From NCBI GenBank assembly GCA_050951805.1, contig JBMNJT010000002.1, positions 896,001 to 960,000 on the forward strand: DNA of 64,000 nt. Reading direction: 5' to 3'. This document shows, in pieces, positions 48,297 to 59,585 of this stretch; the first letter of the stretch is position 1, and every line of letters starts with the position of its first letter. The DNA is from Bacillota bacterium. GTDB taxonomy: Bacteria > Bacillota > DTU025. Position numbers and translations under genes: made by a program. The notes beneath the pieces were generated by a model that was not told where the DNA came from, searched no databases, and worked only from the letters and a program-made list of their open reading frames with translations.

Positions 48297-51200
48297 ATGG
48301 ATTTGGTTAGAGCGCACGTCCTTGTTTGCGGCGGCGCAGCCTGTGTGTCCTCCGGGTGTGCAGAGGTTCGCGAGGCTCTGGAGGCTGAAATAGCCGCGAA
48401 AGGCATTGGGCGCGAGATTAAAGTTGTCGTCACAGGATGCATGGGACCATGCGATCTTGGTCCGATAATCGTTGTTTATCCTGAAGGCGTTCTTTACTGC
48501 AATTGTACGCCTGATGATGCCAGGGAGATAGTTGATGAGCATCTTGTGAAAGGCAGGATTGTAAGTCGACTCCTTTATGAGGAACCGATGACATCGGAAA
48601 AGGTGGAAACTCAGGAAGGCATGACTTTCTTCAGCCGGCAGGAACGAATAGCTCTCCGAAACACCGGAGTAATCGATCCGCTGGAGATAGATGAGTATAT
48701 TGCCAGAGACGGTTATGCCGCCTTGGGCAAGGCTCTTACAGAGATGACGCCTGACGATGTAGTCGATGTGATAAAGCGTTCGGGCCTCAGGGGCCGGGGT
48801 GGCGCTGGGTTCCCCACAGGGACTAAGTGGCTGCTGACAGCCAAGGCGCCGGGTTCTCCAAAATACGTGGTGTGTAATGCGGACGAGGGAGACCCAGGTG
48901 CTTTCATGGACAGGTCAGTGCTGGAAGGCGATCCCCATGCAGTGCTGGAGGCCATGACGATTGCAGGCTATGCGGTTGGTGCAAACCAGGGCTATATATA
49001 CGTAAGGGCAGAGTATCCTTTGGCCGTTGAGCACCTGCAACATGCGATAGGACAAGCGCGCGAATACGGCTTGCTGGGCAAGGATATTCTCGGATCGGGA
49101 TTCGATTTCGATATCGACCTCCGGGTTGGGGCAGGCGCTTTTGTGTGCGGTGAGGAAACCGCTCTTCTGGCGTCTATAGAGAGTCGGCGAGGCGAGCCGA
49201 GGCCGAGGCCTCCATATCCTGCTCAGTCAGGTCTGTGGGGGCAGCCGACGTTGATAAACAACGTTGAAACATATGCCAACATTGCGCCGATTATTCTCAA
49301 AGGCCCAGAATGGTTTTCATCTATCGGGACCGAAAAGAGCAAGGGCACAAAGGTATTTGCTCTTGCAGGCAAGATAAACAACACGGGACTTGTGGAAGTC
49401 CCGATGGGGACGCCACTGGGCGACATTATCTTCGACATAGGCGGAGGCATCCCCAATGGCAAGAAGTTCAAGGCCGCACAGACCGGAGGTCCCTCCGGAG
49501 GATGCATCCCTGCTCAGTATCTAAACACACCCATCGATTACGAATCCCTGAAAGAACTGGGCACGATGATGGGCTCAGGAGGGCTCATTGTCATGGATGA
49601 GGACACCTGTATGGTTGACCTCGCTAAGTTCTTCATGCAATTCATACAGGATGAGTCATGCGGGAAATGTGCGCCTTGTCGGATAGGCACCAAGCGGATG
49701 CTTGAGATCCTCGATCGCATAACTAAGGGACAGGGTAGGGAAGGCGACGTCGAGCTCCTGATGGAACTGGGAGAGCAGATCATGGCTACTGCCATGTGTG
49801 GCCTGGGACAGAGCGCTCCCAACCCGGTTTTGTCCACAATTCGCTACTTCCGCGATGAGTATGACGCTCACATCAAAGACCACAAGTGCCCGGCGTCATC
49901 GTGCGCGGCACTCTTCTACTCCCCGTGCCAGAACTCATGCCCTGCTGATGTAGATGTGCCTCGCTACATTGCTCTGATAAAGGAACGGAAGTTCGCTGAA
50001 GCGGCTGCGCTGATCCGTTCCAAGAACCCGTTCCCCGCTATCTGTGGGCGGGTCTGCGACCACCCGTGCGAATCCAAGTGCAGACGTGCTACATTCGACG
50101 AGCCTGTAGCGATCAAGTCTCTCAAGAGATTTGCTGCGGATTGGGAGAAGAAACATGGCGTGTCACCTGTGGCGGAGCACAAGCCGCCGACAGGGAAACG
50201 CGTTGCAATAGTGGGTGCCGGTCCCGCGGGCCTTAGCGCCGCCTACTATCTCGCACTAGCCGGGCACAAGGTTACTGTGTTCGAGGCTTTGCCTGTCGCC
50301 GGCGGCATGCTGGCTGTAGGGATCCCCGAGTACAGGCTCCCCAAGGATATCTTGGAATGGGAAATCGAGGTAATCAAGAAGGCAGGCGTGGAGATACGAA
50401 CAAATACCCGGATCGGAGAAGACATAAAACTTGACGAGTTGTCATCGAAATACGATGCCTTGTTCATAGCGGTTGGTGCTCATAATGAAGTGAAGATGGA
50501 CGTTCCCGGGGAGGATTTCGAAGGAGTCATGCCTGCAGTGGCTTTCCTCCGAGATGTGGCGCTCGGCAAGCCTGTTCAGGTGGGAAAGAAGGTGGCGGTC
50601 GTTGGCGGCGGAAACGCTGCGATCGATGCGGCTCGCACGGCGCGGCGAATGGGCGCCGAAGAGGTTCACATCCTTTACCGCAGACTCCGGGCGGATATGC
50701 CTGCTGATGCAGGCGAGATTGAGGCTGCCGAGGAAGAGGGCATCCACATCCACTACCTAACCGCCCCTACCAGGATCATTGGCCGGGACGGGAAGGTGGC
50801 TCAGATCGAGTGCGTCAGGATGAAGCTTGGCGAGTTCGACAAGTCGGGTAGAAGGCGCCCAATTCCTGTGGATGCATCGCGCACGATAGTCGACATCGAT
50901 ACCGTCATACCCGCTATTGGGCAGGCAGTCGACACATCGTTCATAATGCCGCTGTCTGATACGGGAGAAAGTCTCTTTACGACGAAATCGGGCTTGCTCA
51001 TCACGGACCCTGATTCGTTGGAGACCAATGTTCCCGGGATCTTTGCGGGCGGGGATTGCGTGACGGGACCATGGAGTGTCGTGGCTGCGATTGGCGCAGG
51101 ACGCGAGGCAGCATACAGCATAGACAGGTTTCTCGGGGGCGATGCCTGGATTGGAGCTCATGCCGAAATCGAGCGCTGCTTAGTCGGCGAACCGATCGAG

Positions 51201-51344
51201 GAGGAGTGCAAGCGTTGTCCGATGCCGGAATTGCCCGTCTCTGAGCGCGCAAGGAACTTCAAGGAAGTCGAACTTGGATTCACAGAGGACATGGCGGTGG
51301 CGGAAGCTGCTCGCTGCTTCCAGTGTGACGTCCGCGAGCCGTAA
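48297..51344 (+). CDS. hydB: [FeFe]-hydrogenase beta subunit (NuoF-like) fused to a GltD/NfnB-like FAD/NAD(P)H oxidoreductase
   Basis: [41 protein letters not shown]; then [39 protein letters not shown]. Confidence 0.92.
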   Translation: MDLVRAHVLVCGGAACVSSGCAEVREALEAEIAAKGIGREIKVVVTGCMGPCDLGPIIVVYPEGVLYCNCTPDDAREIVDEHLVKGRIVSRLLYEEPMTSEKVETQEGMTFFSRQERIALRNTGVIDPLEIDEYIARDGYAALGKALTEMTPDDVVDVIKRSGLRGRGGAGFPTGTKWLLTAKAPGSPKYVVCNADEGDPGAFMDRSVLEGDPHAVLEAMTIAGYAVGANQGYIYVRAEYPLAVEHLQHAIGQAREYGLLGKDILGSGFDFDIDLRVGAGAFVCGEETALLASIESRRGEPRPRPPYPAQSGLWGQPTLINNVETYANIAPIILKGPEWFSSIGTEKSKGTKVFALAGKINNTGLVEVPMGTPLGDIIFDIGGGIPNGKKFKAAQTGGPSGGCIPAQYLNTPIDYESLKELGTMMGSGGLIVMDEDTCMVDLAKFFMQFIQDESCGKCAPCRIGTKRMLEILDRITKGQGREGDVELLMELGEQIMATAMCGLGQSAPNPVLSTIRYFRDEYDAHIKDHKCPASSCAALFYSPCQNSCPADVDVPRYIALIKERKFAEAAALIRSKNPFPAICGRVCDHPCESKCRRATFDEPVAIKSLKRFAADWEKKHGVSPVAEHKPPTGKRVAIVGAGPAGLSAAYYLALAGHKVTVFEALPVAGGMLAVGIPEYRLPKDILEWEIEVIKKAGVEIRTNTRIGEDIKLDELSSKYDALFIAVGAHNEVKMDVPGEDFEGVMPAVAFLRDVALGKPVQVGKKVAVVGGGNAAIDAARTARRMGAEEVHILYRRLRADMPADAGEIEAAEEEGIHIHYLTAPTRIIGRDGKVAQIECVRMKLGEFDKSGRRRPIPVDASRTIVDIDTVIPAIGQAVDTSFIMPLSDTGESLFTTKSGLLITDPDSLETNVPGIFAGGDCVTGPWSVVAAIGAGREAAYSIDRFLGGDAWIGAHAEIERCLVGEPIEEECKRCPMPELPVSERARNFKEVELGFTEDMAVAEAARCFQCDVREP

Positions 51345-51370
51345 GACCACGAGAATGGAGTGTGATAGGA

Positions 51371-53107
51371 ATGGGTGATGTTACTCTCACCATTGACGGA
51401 CGGCAAGTCACTGTCCCGGAAGGCACGAGCGTTCTCGAGGCCGCAGCACAGGCGGGCGTCAATATCCCCAGCCTCTGCTACCTCAAGGACATAAATGAGA
51501 TAGGTTCGTGCAGAGTGTGTGTAGTCGAAATAGAAGGGGCCAGAGCTCTGGCAGCGTCGTGTGTAACCCCTGCCGCCGACGGTATGGTAGTACATACCAA
51601 CACCAAACGCGTGCGGGAGGCGCGTCGCGCAGTGCTGGAGCTTATCATATCTAACCATCCTTTCGAGTGCCTCACGTGCGTCAGAAGCGGGTCCTGCGAG
51701 CTGCAGAGCCTTGCCGAGGCAACGGGCATTAGGGAGATAAGGTTTGAAGGCGCAAAATCGGAGCATCCCGTGGATGATACCACCCCATCGATAGTTCGGG
51801 ATCCAAGTAAGTGCATCCTGTGCCGAAGGTGCGTGTCGGTCTGCGAGAAAGTGCAGGGGGTGTCCGCTCTCGGACTTGCAGGGCGAGGATTCGACTCCGT
51901 GGTGAGCCCCGCCGGCCAGCTGCCGTTGAATGAGGCGGCATGTGCCCTCTGTGGGCAGTGTGTTCTTGTGTGTCCAACTGGAGCGCTGTCAGAAGTGGAC
52001 TCCACAGGCGCGGTCTGGGAAGCGCTGGGAGATCCGAAGAAGCATGTGGTGGTGCAGACTGCGCCAGCTATTAGAGTCGCGTTGGGTGAGGAGTTCGGAG
52101 CGGCTCCGGGCTCGATAGTTACTGGGCAAATGGTTGCGGCACTGCGCGCCCTCGGCTTCGACAAGGTGTTTGACACCAACTTCACGGCCGACCTCACGAT
52201 ACTTGAGGAAGGCAACGAGCTGTTGCACAGGCTTTCGGAAGGCGGCAAGCTGCCGATGATCACATCGTGCAGTCCGGGATGGATAAAGTTCATAGAGCAT
52301 TTCTACCCCGACATGCTTGACCACCTGTCTACATGCAAGTCGCCACAGCAGATGTTCGGAGCGCTAGCGAAAACCTACTATGCTGAAAAGGCTGGCATAG
52401 ACCCGAAAGACATGTTCGTGGTGTCGATAATGCCTTGCACGGCAAAGAAGTTTGAGTGCACAAGGCCTGAAATGAGGTCGTCGGGATACCAGGATGTCGA
52501 CGCAGTACTTACCACAAGGGAACTGGCGCGCATGCTGCGCGAGATAGGCGTAGACCCGATGGAGTTGGAACCTGAAGAATACGACGCTCCGCTGGGAATC
52601 GGAACAGGAGCTGCCGTGATCTTCGGAGCCACCGGAGGGGTCATGGAGGCTGCTCTGAGAACCGTATACGAAGTGGTGACAGAGAAGGAACTCGAGTCTG
52701 TCGATTTCACCGATGTCAGAGGCTTTGAGGGCATAAAGGAAGCCGAAGTCGATCTCGATGGCACAGTGGTACGCGTCGCGGTCGCTCATGGCCTTGGCAA
52801 TGCTCGAAAGCTTCTGGACAGGGTTAAATCGGGCGAGGCGTCGTACGAGTTCATCGAGATCATGGCATGCCCAGGAGGGTGCATCGGCGGCGGCGGACAG
52901 CCTATTGGAACAAATACCGAGAGGCGTCTCGAGAGGATCGATGGAATATATGAGGCAGACCGTGAGTTGCCGCTCAGGAAGTCTCATGAGAATCCGGCAG
53001 TGAAGGCCTTGTACGAGGAGTTCCTTGGAGAGCCGTTGGGAGAGAAGTCCCACGAGCTGCTGCATACCCACTATACGCCGCGTGGCAGATGGCACTGGGC
53101 TGAGTAG
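51371..53107 (+). CDS. hydA: [FeFe]-hydrogenase catalytic subunit, group A
   Basis: H-cluster motifs TSCSPGW, MPCTAKKFE, EIMACPGGCIGGGGQP; N-terminal 2Fe-2S, His-ligated and 2[4Fe-4S] motifs. Confidence 0.97.
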   Translation: MGDVTLTIDGRQVTVPEGTSVLEAAAQAGVNIPSLCYLKDINEIGSCRVCVVEIEGARALAASCVTPAADGMVVHTNTKRVREARRAVLELIISNHPFECLTCVRSGSCELQSLAEATGIREIRFEGAKSEHPVDDTTPSIVRDPSKCILCRRCVSVCEKVQGVSALGLAGRGFDSVVSPAGQLPLNEAACALCGQCVLVCPTGALSEVDSTGAVWEALGDPKKHVVVQTAPAIRVALGEEFGAAPGSIVTGQMVAALRALGFDKVFDTNFTADLTILEEGNELLHRLSEGGKLPMITSCSPGWIKFIEHFYPDMLDHLSTCKSPQQMFGALAKTYYAEKAGIDPKDMFVVSIMPCTAKKFECTRPEMRSSGYQDVDAVLTTRELARMLREIGVDPMELEPEEYDAPLGIGTGAAVIFGATGGVMEAALRTVYEVVTEKELESVDFTDVRGFEGIKEAEVDLDGTVVRVAVAHGLGNARKLLDRVKSGEASYEFIEIMACPGGCIGGGGQPIGTNTERRLERIDGIYEADRELPLRKSHENPAVKALYEEFLGEPLGEKSHELLHTHYTPRGRWHWAE

Positions 53108-53191
53108 ACAGGACACGGTAGGTGCAATGAGGGTCTTGACCCGCGTTGCGCTTGAGAAATCCGATGAAAAATAGGCGACAAACGTACGCAT

Positions 53192-53228
53192 GGGGGCACG
53201 CCAGTTGACGTGCCCCCTCTTAGTTTTG
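53192..53228 (+). terminator. Terminator after hydA
   Basis: GGGGGCACG-ccagttga-CGTGCCCCC then T-rich. Confidence 0.65.
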
Positions 53229-53326
53229 CTTGACAGGTGAACAAAGACTTCCCCGCAGCTCGCCTTATGCAGATTCAGACCCATAATAGTGGGTTGTCTG
53301 GGGTCGGGGATTGGGCTTTCATCTGA

Positions 53327-54255
53327 GTGTTTCCAAGCTTCTTTTCCAGGTGTACATCGAAATGTGAAGCCGAAGTTGTGTTTGGAAAAGTCGGCACATT
53401 TACGAATCTGGGCTTTGCCCACACTGAAGAAAAAACAAGGTTGGATGGATATTTACAATTAATGAGGGAACAAGAAACCTGCGGGAAGACCAATGAAGCC
53501 AAGAAATTAGGGATTTCGCTTTCTTGCGTCCTTTCTCCAAACAAGGTATACAAGGCATACTACCGCACAGACATGGGGCAAATCTCAAAGCGCTTCATTG
53601 GCGCAAGTGCAAGCTACTCACTCCCAAACTCCCAAAAAATACTTGCAGATCTGTCCCTTGAACGTGCTGCAACAGGTAAGGCGCCTATCTATCGCATCGA
53701 CATTGGCTATTCGGCTTGTTTTGACATTCCAGTCTCAATTAAGAGAGACAAAGAGGTAGTCAAAGGAGTCGTCCGGAGATCTGAGGATCATGGTTATCTT
53801 GGGATTCCGAATGTGCTGGTCAGAATGGATGGAATGTTTGTATTGAGTGGCGTAGCGCCGGGCGTACACTATATAGATATAGGTTGGTTATCGACTTGGC
53901 ACAGAGCGGATCTATTGCAGGAACAGTGACTCGCCTCGGCCCTGAAGAAGAGATTGTGCTTCTCCCTGGCGGGCATGAGAAGGTTATTGGAGAACGAGTC
54001 GGGATCTATGGCGTGATAATCGAGCTTCGCGGCGAGCTCGAAACGCTGAGGAGCAAGACTGGGCCGCAAGGAGAATTCCGATTTACGGCATTGAGGCCTG
54101 GGACATGGGTTATTTCAATCCCTCAGTTTGGGGACGATGTCGAACGTATCGTTGTAACGCTTGAACCGGGAGAAGAGGCCATAGTCAATATCGTTATCCC
54201 TCCTAAACTGCGAGAAGCAACACTTCTGGAGAATATTGAGATTCCAGTGCAGTGA
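53327..54255 (+). pseudogene. Fragmented C-terminal part of a large envelope protein with carboxypeptidase-regulatory-like domains
   Basis: Two overlapping frames; GIPNVLV, SGVAPGVHYI, GSIAGTV, TGPQGEFRFTALRPGTW; no convincing start. Confidence 0.6.
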
Positions 54256-54529
54256 TACAACTCGATCTTTGAGGCTGTGCATGCTTCTGTGGTTGCCATG
54301 TGGGCAGGCATAGCAGATTATGAGCCCCTTTTTGCGTGTCTTGCCGTTGCTAATGCTCTGATGCACGCAATTGATGGGAATGTACAAGCTTGCCGTCTGG
54401 GGATCCTCCAGGAATATGCGGTTGCCGGCTTGAACTTGCGAATGAATATGGGTCATACTAAGAATCAGTGGGAATTGCTTTTTCTCCGGAGAATGCCTTG
54501 CGGTGCAAGAACACAGGGGGGTTCGATCA

Positions 54530-55822
54530 TTGGACGAATGGTTTTCCACGGATGTGTTGCCGAATGGGATAAACGTCTACGTAATGCAAACCTCTAAGTT
54601 TAAGAGCAACACAATTACCGCGGTGATTTACTCTGACCTGACTGAGGATACAGTCACTCTTAACGCTATTCTGCCAGAAGTGCTGAGCAGGGGCACGAGG
54701 CGCTGGCCAAGAACTGCCGAGTTCAGGCAGAGTCTTGACAGCCTGTATGGGACAGGCTTGTCTGCCGGTGTTAGTAAGAGGGGTGAGAAGCAGCTCCTTA
54801 TCTTTTCTGTTGATGTGGCGAATGACGCGTATTTGTCGGCAGATGAAGACCTGTTGCGCCAGGGAATCGGGATATTGCGAGACGTGGTTTTCGATCCGGT
54901 TCTGGAAGCTGAGGCATTTCGCGAGGATTATGTGGAACAGGAAAAGATCAATCTTAGGCGGCGAATCGAGAGCATAATAGATAACAAGATGGGTTATGCC
55001 TTCAAAAGATGCAACGAAGAGATGTTCAGAGGCGAACCGTATGCCCTGTACAGGCTGGGTCGGGTTGAGGATATTCCTGGCATTGATCCTGAAGGCCTTC
55101 GCTCTTGGCACAAAAAAGCGGTTGCGCAGCTCCCATTGGACATTTTTCTAGTGGGAGATGTGGCCCGCGAACGCGTGTTGGAACTGGTGGGAGAGGTTTT
55201 CGATATGGAGCGCAAACCTATGCCGCTTGAGGTGCCTGCCAGGGTTGGGCATCGAGTGCCTGTACAGCCGAGACAGGTTGTAGAGAGCATGGATGTGAAT
55301 CAAGGAAGCCTGGTCATTGGCTATTGGACTGGCGTCAACATGTCCGACCCCGACTATCCAGCGATTTTGATGGCCAATGGCATCTACGGAGGGTATGCGC
55401 ACTCGAAACTCTTTCAGAATGTCCGCGAAGGTGAAAGCTTGGCCTACTCCGTCTATTCTGGGATTGATCAGAATAAGGGCGTCATGAATGTTTGGGCGGG
55501 GATAGCGCCTGAAGCCATGGATAAGGCGGTCGAGATAATCGAGGAGCAGTTAGATGATGTGAGGTCTGGCAGGATCTCCGATGACGAAATGGACAAGACT
55601 CGCAGGGCAATTACGAGAGACATACGCATGATGGGGGACAGTCCGGGCGCTCAGATTGATTACGCCATCGTCTCCAGGATAAACGGCGTTGGGGAGAAAC
55701 CTGACGAGCTATTGCGGCGCATAGAAGCAGTCTCTATGGATGACATAGTCCGTGTTGCGAGCAAAATAGAGCTTGACACAATCTACTTCCTGCGCAATGA
55801 GGAGGACGAGGCTGGTGCGTAG
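54530..55822 (+). CDS. ymfF: M16 peptidase-like protein, inactive subunit (YmfF-like)
   Basis: KFKSNTI, SKLFQNVREGESLAY, IELDTIYFL; lacks HxxEH; paired with YmfH. Confidence 0.85.
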   Translation: MDEWFSTDVLPNGINVYVMQTSKFKSNTITAVIYSDLTEDTVTLNAILPEVLSRGTRRWPRTAEFRQSLDSLYGTGLSAGVSKRGEKQLLIFSVDVANDAYLSADEDLLRQGIGILRDVVFDPVLEAEAFREDYVEQEKINLRRRIESIIDNKMGYAFKRCNEEMFRGEPYALYRLGRVEDIPGIDPEGLRSWHKKAVAQLPLDIFLVGDVARERVLELVGEVFDMERKPMPLEVPARVGHRVPVQPRQVVESMDVNQGSLVIGYWTGVNMSDPDYPAILMANGIYGGYAHSKLFQNVREGESLAYSVYSGIDQNKGVMNVWAGIAPEAMDKAVEIIEEQLDDVRSGRISDDEMDKTRRAITRDIRMMGDSPGAQIDYAIVSRINGVGEKPDELLRRIEAVSMDDIVRVASKIELDTIYFLRNEEDEAGA

Positions 55823-55823
55823 T

Positions 55824-57110
55824 ATGGAAATTGCAAGGTCGGAACTGCTCCGGGAGGAAGTATCCACTACCCGTCTCGACTGCGGCCTGGAAGTGTGCGT
55901 CCAGCGGAAGGCGGGGTACGCAAAGAAGTACGCCCTTATTGGCACGAGATATGGATCGCTCGACACCAAGTTCCGCAGGATCGATACGGGAGAAACTGTG
56001 GATGTCCCTGACGGATTAGCCCATTTTCTCGAGCACAAGCTTTTTGCGGAGGAGTCAGGATCGATTGATGACGTCTTTGCGGAGCTGGGTGCCTACTCAA
56101 ACGCTTTCACAGACTATACAATGACTGCCTACTTATTTTCCTGTGTCGACAATTTCGGGCCTTGTCTCGATACCCTCCTGGATTTTGTGATGAGGCCTCA
56201 TTTCACTGAGGAGAATGTGGAGAATGAGAAAGGCATAATTGAGCAGGAGATCAAGAGGGATGAAGACTCCCCCGCCTGGCAGGCGATGTACGGAATGCTG
56301 AAAGGCATGTATCAGCGTTTCCCTGTCCGCTTGGAGGTTGCGGGGACAGTCGATTCAATACGCTCTATCGACGTGGACATTCTGACAAGGTGTTACAATA
56401 CGTTCTATCATCCGTCCAACATGACATTGCTTGTTGTCGGCGACGTTGATCCGAACGAGGTGGCTGACCGCGCCTCGGCGCATCTGGATGATAAGCTTCA
56501 CGGGCCAGTGCCAGCAGTAGAACGTCTGTATCCGCATGAACCGCGAGAAGTTGGGATGAAACGTGTGGAGCGCAGAATGCCGGTGTCGGAGCCATTGGTC
56601 TGTTTTGGATTCAAGGATAACGATGTGGGGTATGAAGGCGCTCAACTTCTGCGCAAAACTGTGTGCATGGAAATGTTGCTTTACACTTTGATAGGGCGCA
56701 GCTCCGCACTGTACAACGAACTTTACGAAGCAGGGTTGCTCGACCACACGTTCGACTGGAATTTCGATTGCGAAAAGGACTACAGTTTTGTGATATTCGA
56801 GGGGAAGAGCAATTCTCCGGATGCTCTGGTGGACCGCGTTTGTAAGGGGATAAATGACTCCATTGCGGCAGGCATCGACAGAGAGCTGTTTGAGCGCGCT
56901 CGCCGGAGTTTCATAGGCTCTGCGCTCAGAGCATTCAACTCTTTGGAGTTCATAGCCTACAACTTTCTTGCTTACCACTTCAGAAAGATGAGATTGCTTG
57001 ACAGAGTTGGGGTTGCTGAGAGCATTTCCCTGGACGAAGTGATGGATCTCGGCAAGCAGCTGTTCGATCCCGAGATGCTTGTAGTATCCGTGGTGAATCC
57101 CATGCAATAG
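55824..57110 (+). CDS. ymfH: M16 zinc peptidase (YmfH-like)
   Basis: YGSLD, VPDGLAHFLEHKLF, NAFT, EKGIIEQEI, FYHPSNM. Confidence 0.9.
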   Translation: MEIARSELLREEVSTTRLDCGLEVCVQRKAGYAKKYALIGTRYGSLDTKFRRIDTGETVDVPDGLAHFLEHKLFAEESGSIDDVFAELGAYSNAFTDYTMTAYLFSCVDNFGPCLDTLLDFVMRPHFTEENVENEKGIIEQEIKRDEDSPAWQAMYGMLKGMYQRFPVRLEVAGTVDSIRSIDVDILTRCYNTFYHPSNMTLLVVGDVDPNEVADRASAHLDDKLHGPVPAVERLYPHEPREVGMKRVERRMPVSEPLVCFGFKDNDVGYEGAQLLRKTVCMEMLLYTLIGRSSALYNELYEAGLLDHTFDWNFDCEKDYSFVIFEGKSNSPDALVDRVCKGINDSIAAGIDRELFERARRSFIGSALRAFNSLEFIAYNFLAYHFRKMRLLDRVGVAESISLDEVMDLGKQLFDPEMLVVSVVNPMQ

Positions 57111-57136
57111 AGTTTCTGGCAATGAGGGGGACAAAC

Positions 57137-57805
57137 ATGACGAAACTGCTTTTGATCAGACACGGAGAGACTATGTTCAATCGCGCAAGGCGATTGCAGG
57201 GATGCAAGGATGTTCCCCTCTCAGATCTCGGGACCCGGCAGGCGGACGCCTGTGCTAACTACATAGCTTCCTTAAATCGCGGCACGATTACAGCTCTATA
57301 CTCGAGTCCTCTTGCCAGGGCGTACATGACTGCTAGCGCCATTGGCAAGGCGGTCGGCTTAGATGTGGTGACCGACGATCGACTCAAAGAAATCGATGTT
57401 GGCGCCCTCGAAGGAATGACCTGGGACGAGGTGCAGCTGGCTTACCCGGATTTCATGGTCGAACATAGAACTGATCCCATTGGGACCAGGTATCCTGGAG
57501 GGGAAAGCGTCGCGGATGTCTCGGCGCGAGCACGCGATCTTGCCGACGGATTTGTCTGCGATCATGGCGATGAGACAATCGTCGTCGTTGGACATGCTAT
57601 TGTTCTGAAAGCTCTGATTTGCCGCGTGCTCAATCTGGATGTTGCGAATCACTTGCGGCTCACAGTGGGCAATGCGTCTTTGAGCATTGCAAGTGTTTCT
57701 CGGGTGGATGACGACGTAAAGGGTAAGGTTTTACTGCTCAACGATAGGCACTTCCTCGAAGCATTAGGACTTGACGCGCCGCGGAAAGAGGGGCATGAGG
57801 AATGA
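57137..57805 (+). CDS. Histidine phosphatase (phosphoglycerate mutase/CobC family)
   Basis: LIRHGET, YSSPLARA, EIDVG.LEG, YPGGES, VVGH, LLNDRHFL. Confidence 0.92.
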   Translation: MTKLLLIRHGETMFNRARRLQGCKDVPLSDLGTRQADACANYIASLNRGTITALYSSPLARAYMTASAIGKAVGLDVVTDDRLKEIDVGALEGMTWDEVQLAYPDFMVEHRTDPIGTRYPGGESVADVSARARDLADGFVCDHGDETIVVVGHAIVLKALICRVLNLDVANHLRLTVGNASLSIASVSRVDDDVKGKVLLLNDRHFLEALGLDAPRKEGHEE

Positions 57806-58384
57806 AGGCTGTGTTATGAAAACTGTGTGTCCCTTGGTCGATACCTGTGGACTTATGGCAATGGTGTCGGAGGGTCGTGTAGTCAGAATAAAAGGAGATC
57901 CCGGCCACTCAATTATGCGTGAGTTCATAGACAAGAACTCCGCCGTGACAAAATATCCACATGCTTCCGCTTATCCGGGAGGCGTGATGATTGGGCCAAG
58001 GTTGTGCTCATTTACGGAATCGTCGTGCGGCTCAGCGTGGGGACGGATGGAACGTTGGCGCTCGTCATGGCTGCCGTCATCACCAAGGACGGTTTTGTTA
58101 ATCATCCATAGCAGTGTTCGTGGGTTTGATTGATTTGCGGTGCGGATCCGTTGCGACGGAGATATGCTGCGCTTCGCTATGCATTAGGGCGAGGTGCTTT
58201 TTCGGCTAGGCTCGACAGTCGATCCAGACCCGATGTGGTCTTGGCTTACAACGGCGAGCCTGTCAGGTGTGGGGGAGGGGTCAGCTTTCTCATAGGAGAA
58301 CACGTGGGCGATATCGGGCTTCAGGCCGCATTTTACGATTGCGCCTTCAGTGTTGAGGAAGCACAAGAATCAGCAGAGAAGTGA
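57802..58384 (+). pseudogene. Collapsed molybdopterin oxidoreductase remnant
   Basis: N-terminal KTVCPL-DTCG...GRVVRIKGDPGH and C-terminal RPDVV..GGGV..GDIG.QAAFYDC within about 580 bp, in different frames. Confidence 0.7.
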
Positions 58385-58424
58385 AAGTGCAAAACTGAGA
58401 ATCCACGGGCAGGTGATGTTTTCA

Positions 58425-59585
58425 ATGTGTGGCGTTTCAGAAGCAAGTAGGCCTAGGGCCAGGGAGATAGGGATACACACGGGCATCTTTTCGCCCGGAG
58501 AGTTTAATGCCATTACAGATGTGGATGGGGTCATGGTTGGCCATTGCACTGTAGTGCACGGCGAGGGCGAGCTTGTTCCCGGGAAGGGTCCTGCCAGAAC
58601 AGGAGTGACGGCAATTCGTCCCCATGGGGGCAATGTTTTCCGTGAGAAGGCGCCTGCGGCAGCCTATGTTTTCAATGGCTATGGCAAGTCCGTAGGCATT
58701 CACCAAATTAACGAGACAGGTGTGCTGGAAACGCCTATATTGCTCACGAATACTCTGAACGTAGGTCTTGTCGCCGATGCATTGATTGAATGGTCTGTTG
58801 AGCGAAATGGTGATATCGGCATCTCAACGAGTACTGTCAACCCCGTGGTTGGGGAGGTGAATGACGGCTACTTGAACGATATTCAGGGAAGGCATGTCCG
58901 GAAGGAACATGTGTACGACGCCCTTGAATCTGCGAAGACTGGGCTGGTCGAAGAGGGAGCTGTGGGCGCAGGCACAGGAAGCAGTTGCATGGGGTGGAAA
59001 GGCGGAATTGGCACGGCGTCCAGAGTCGTCCCGAACAGCCTGGGCGGATACACCATCGGAGTGTTGGTCCAGTCCAACTTCGGCGGAGTCCTTACGGTAA
59101 ACGGAGCGCCTGTCGGGCGGGAGCTCGGACATTATACCTATCAGGAGCATTTCGACAATGGCTCTCGGGAACAACTTGATGATGGCTCTGTTATGGTGGT
59201 TGTAGCTTCTGATGCCCCATTGGACCAGCGGCAGCTGAGGCGACTGGCGGCAAGGGCCAGCCTCGGCCTTGCCCGAACAGGGTTCTATGGAAGCAATGGG
59301 TCAGGCGATTTCTTCATAGCCTTCTCAACAGCCTTCCGTGTTCCACATTCAGAGCCTGCAACGCTCAGTGCAGAGGTCGTCGCGGGCGATGCGATATCCG
59401 CACTCTTTTTTGCAGTGGTTGAGGCGACTGAAGAGGCTGTTCTCAACTCGATGTTCAAGGCCAGAACAGTGGTAGGGCGCGACGGACATGTTGTTGAAGC
59501 CATAGACATAGGTGATCTTCTCGGTGTCATGCGCAGATACAACTCGCTAGATTGGGATAAGTCACTGCCGCCATATATCTCTTAA
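58425..59585 (+). CDS. dmpA: P1/S58 family L-aminopeptidase/D-esterase (DmpA-like)
   Basis: NAITDV.GV.VGH, RTGVTAI, NPVVGE.NDG.LND, GWKGGIGTASR, QSNFGG, DGSV autoprocessing site, NGSGD. Confidence 0.92.
   Translation: MCGVSEASRPRAREIGIHTGIFSPGEFNAITDVDGVMVGHCTVVHGEGELVPGKGPARTGVTAIRPHGGNVFREKAPAAAYVFNGYGKSVGIHQINETGVLETPILLTNTLNVGLVADALIEWSVERNGDIGISTSTVNPVVGEVNDGYLNDIQGRHVRKEHVYDALESAKTGLVEEGAVGAGTGSSCMGWKGGIGTASRVVPNSLGGYTIGVLVQSNFGGVLTVNGAPVGRELGHYTYQEHFDNGSREQLDDGSVMVVVASDAPLDQRQLRRLAARASLGLARTGFYGSNGSGDFFIAFSTAFRVPHSEPATLSAEVVAGDAISALFFAVVEATEEAVLNSMFKARTVVGRDGHVVEAIDIGDLLGVMRRYNSLDWDKSLPPYIS

Noticed and set aside
51478-53422. Long antisense ORFs (271 aa, 352 aa) and similar ones at 1980-2876, 24777-25562 and 56355-57134
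   Set aside because: They shadow well-supported genes on the opposite strand and have no motifs; expected from codon bias.
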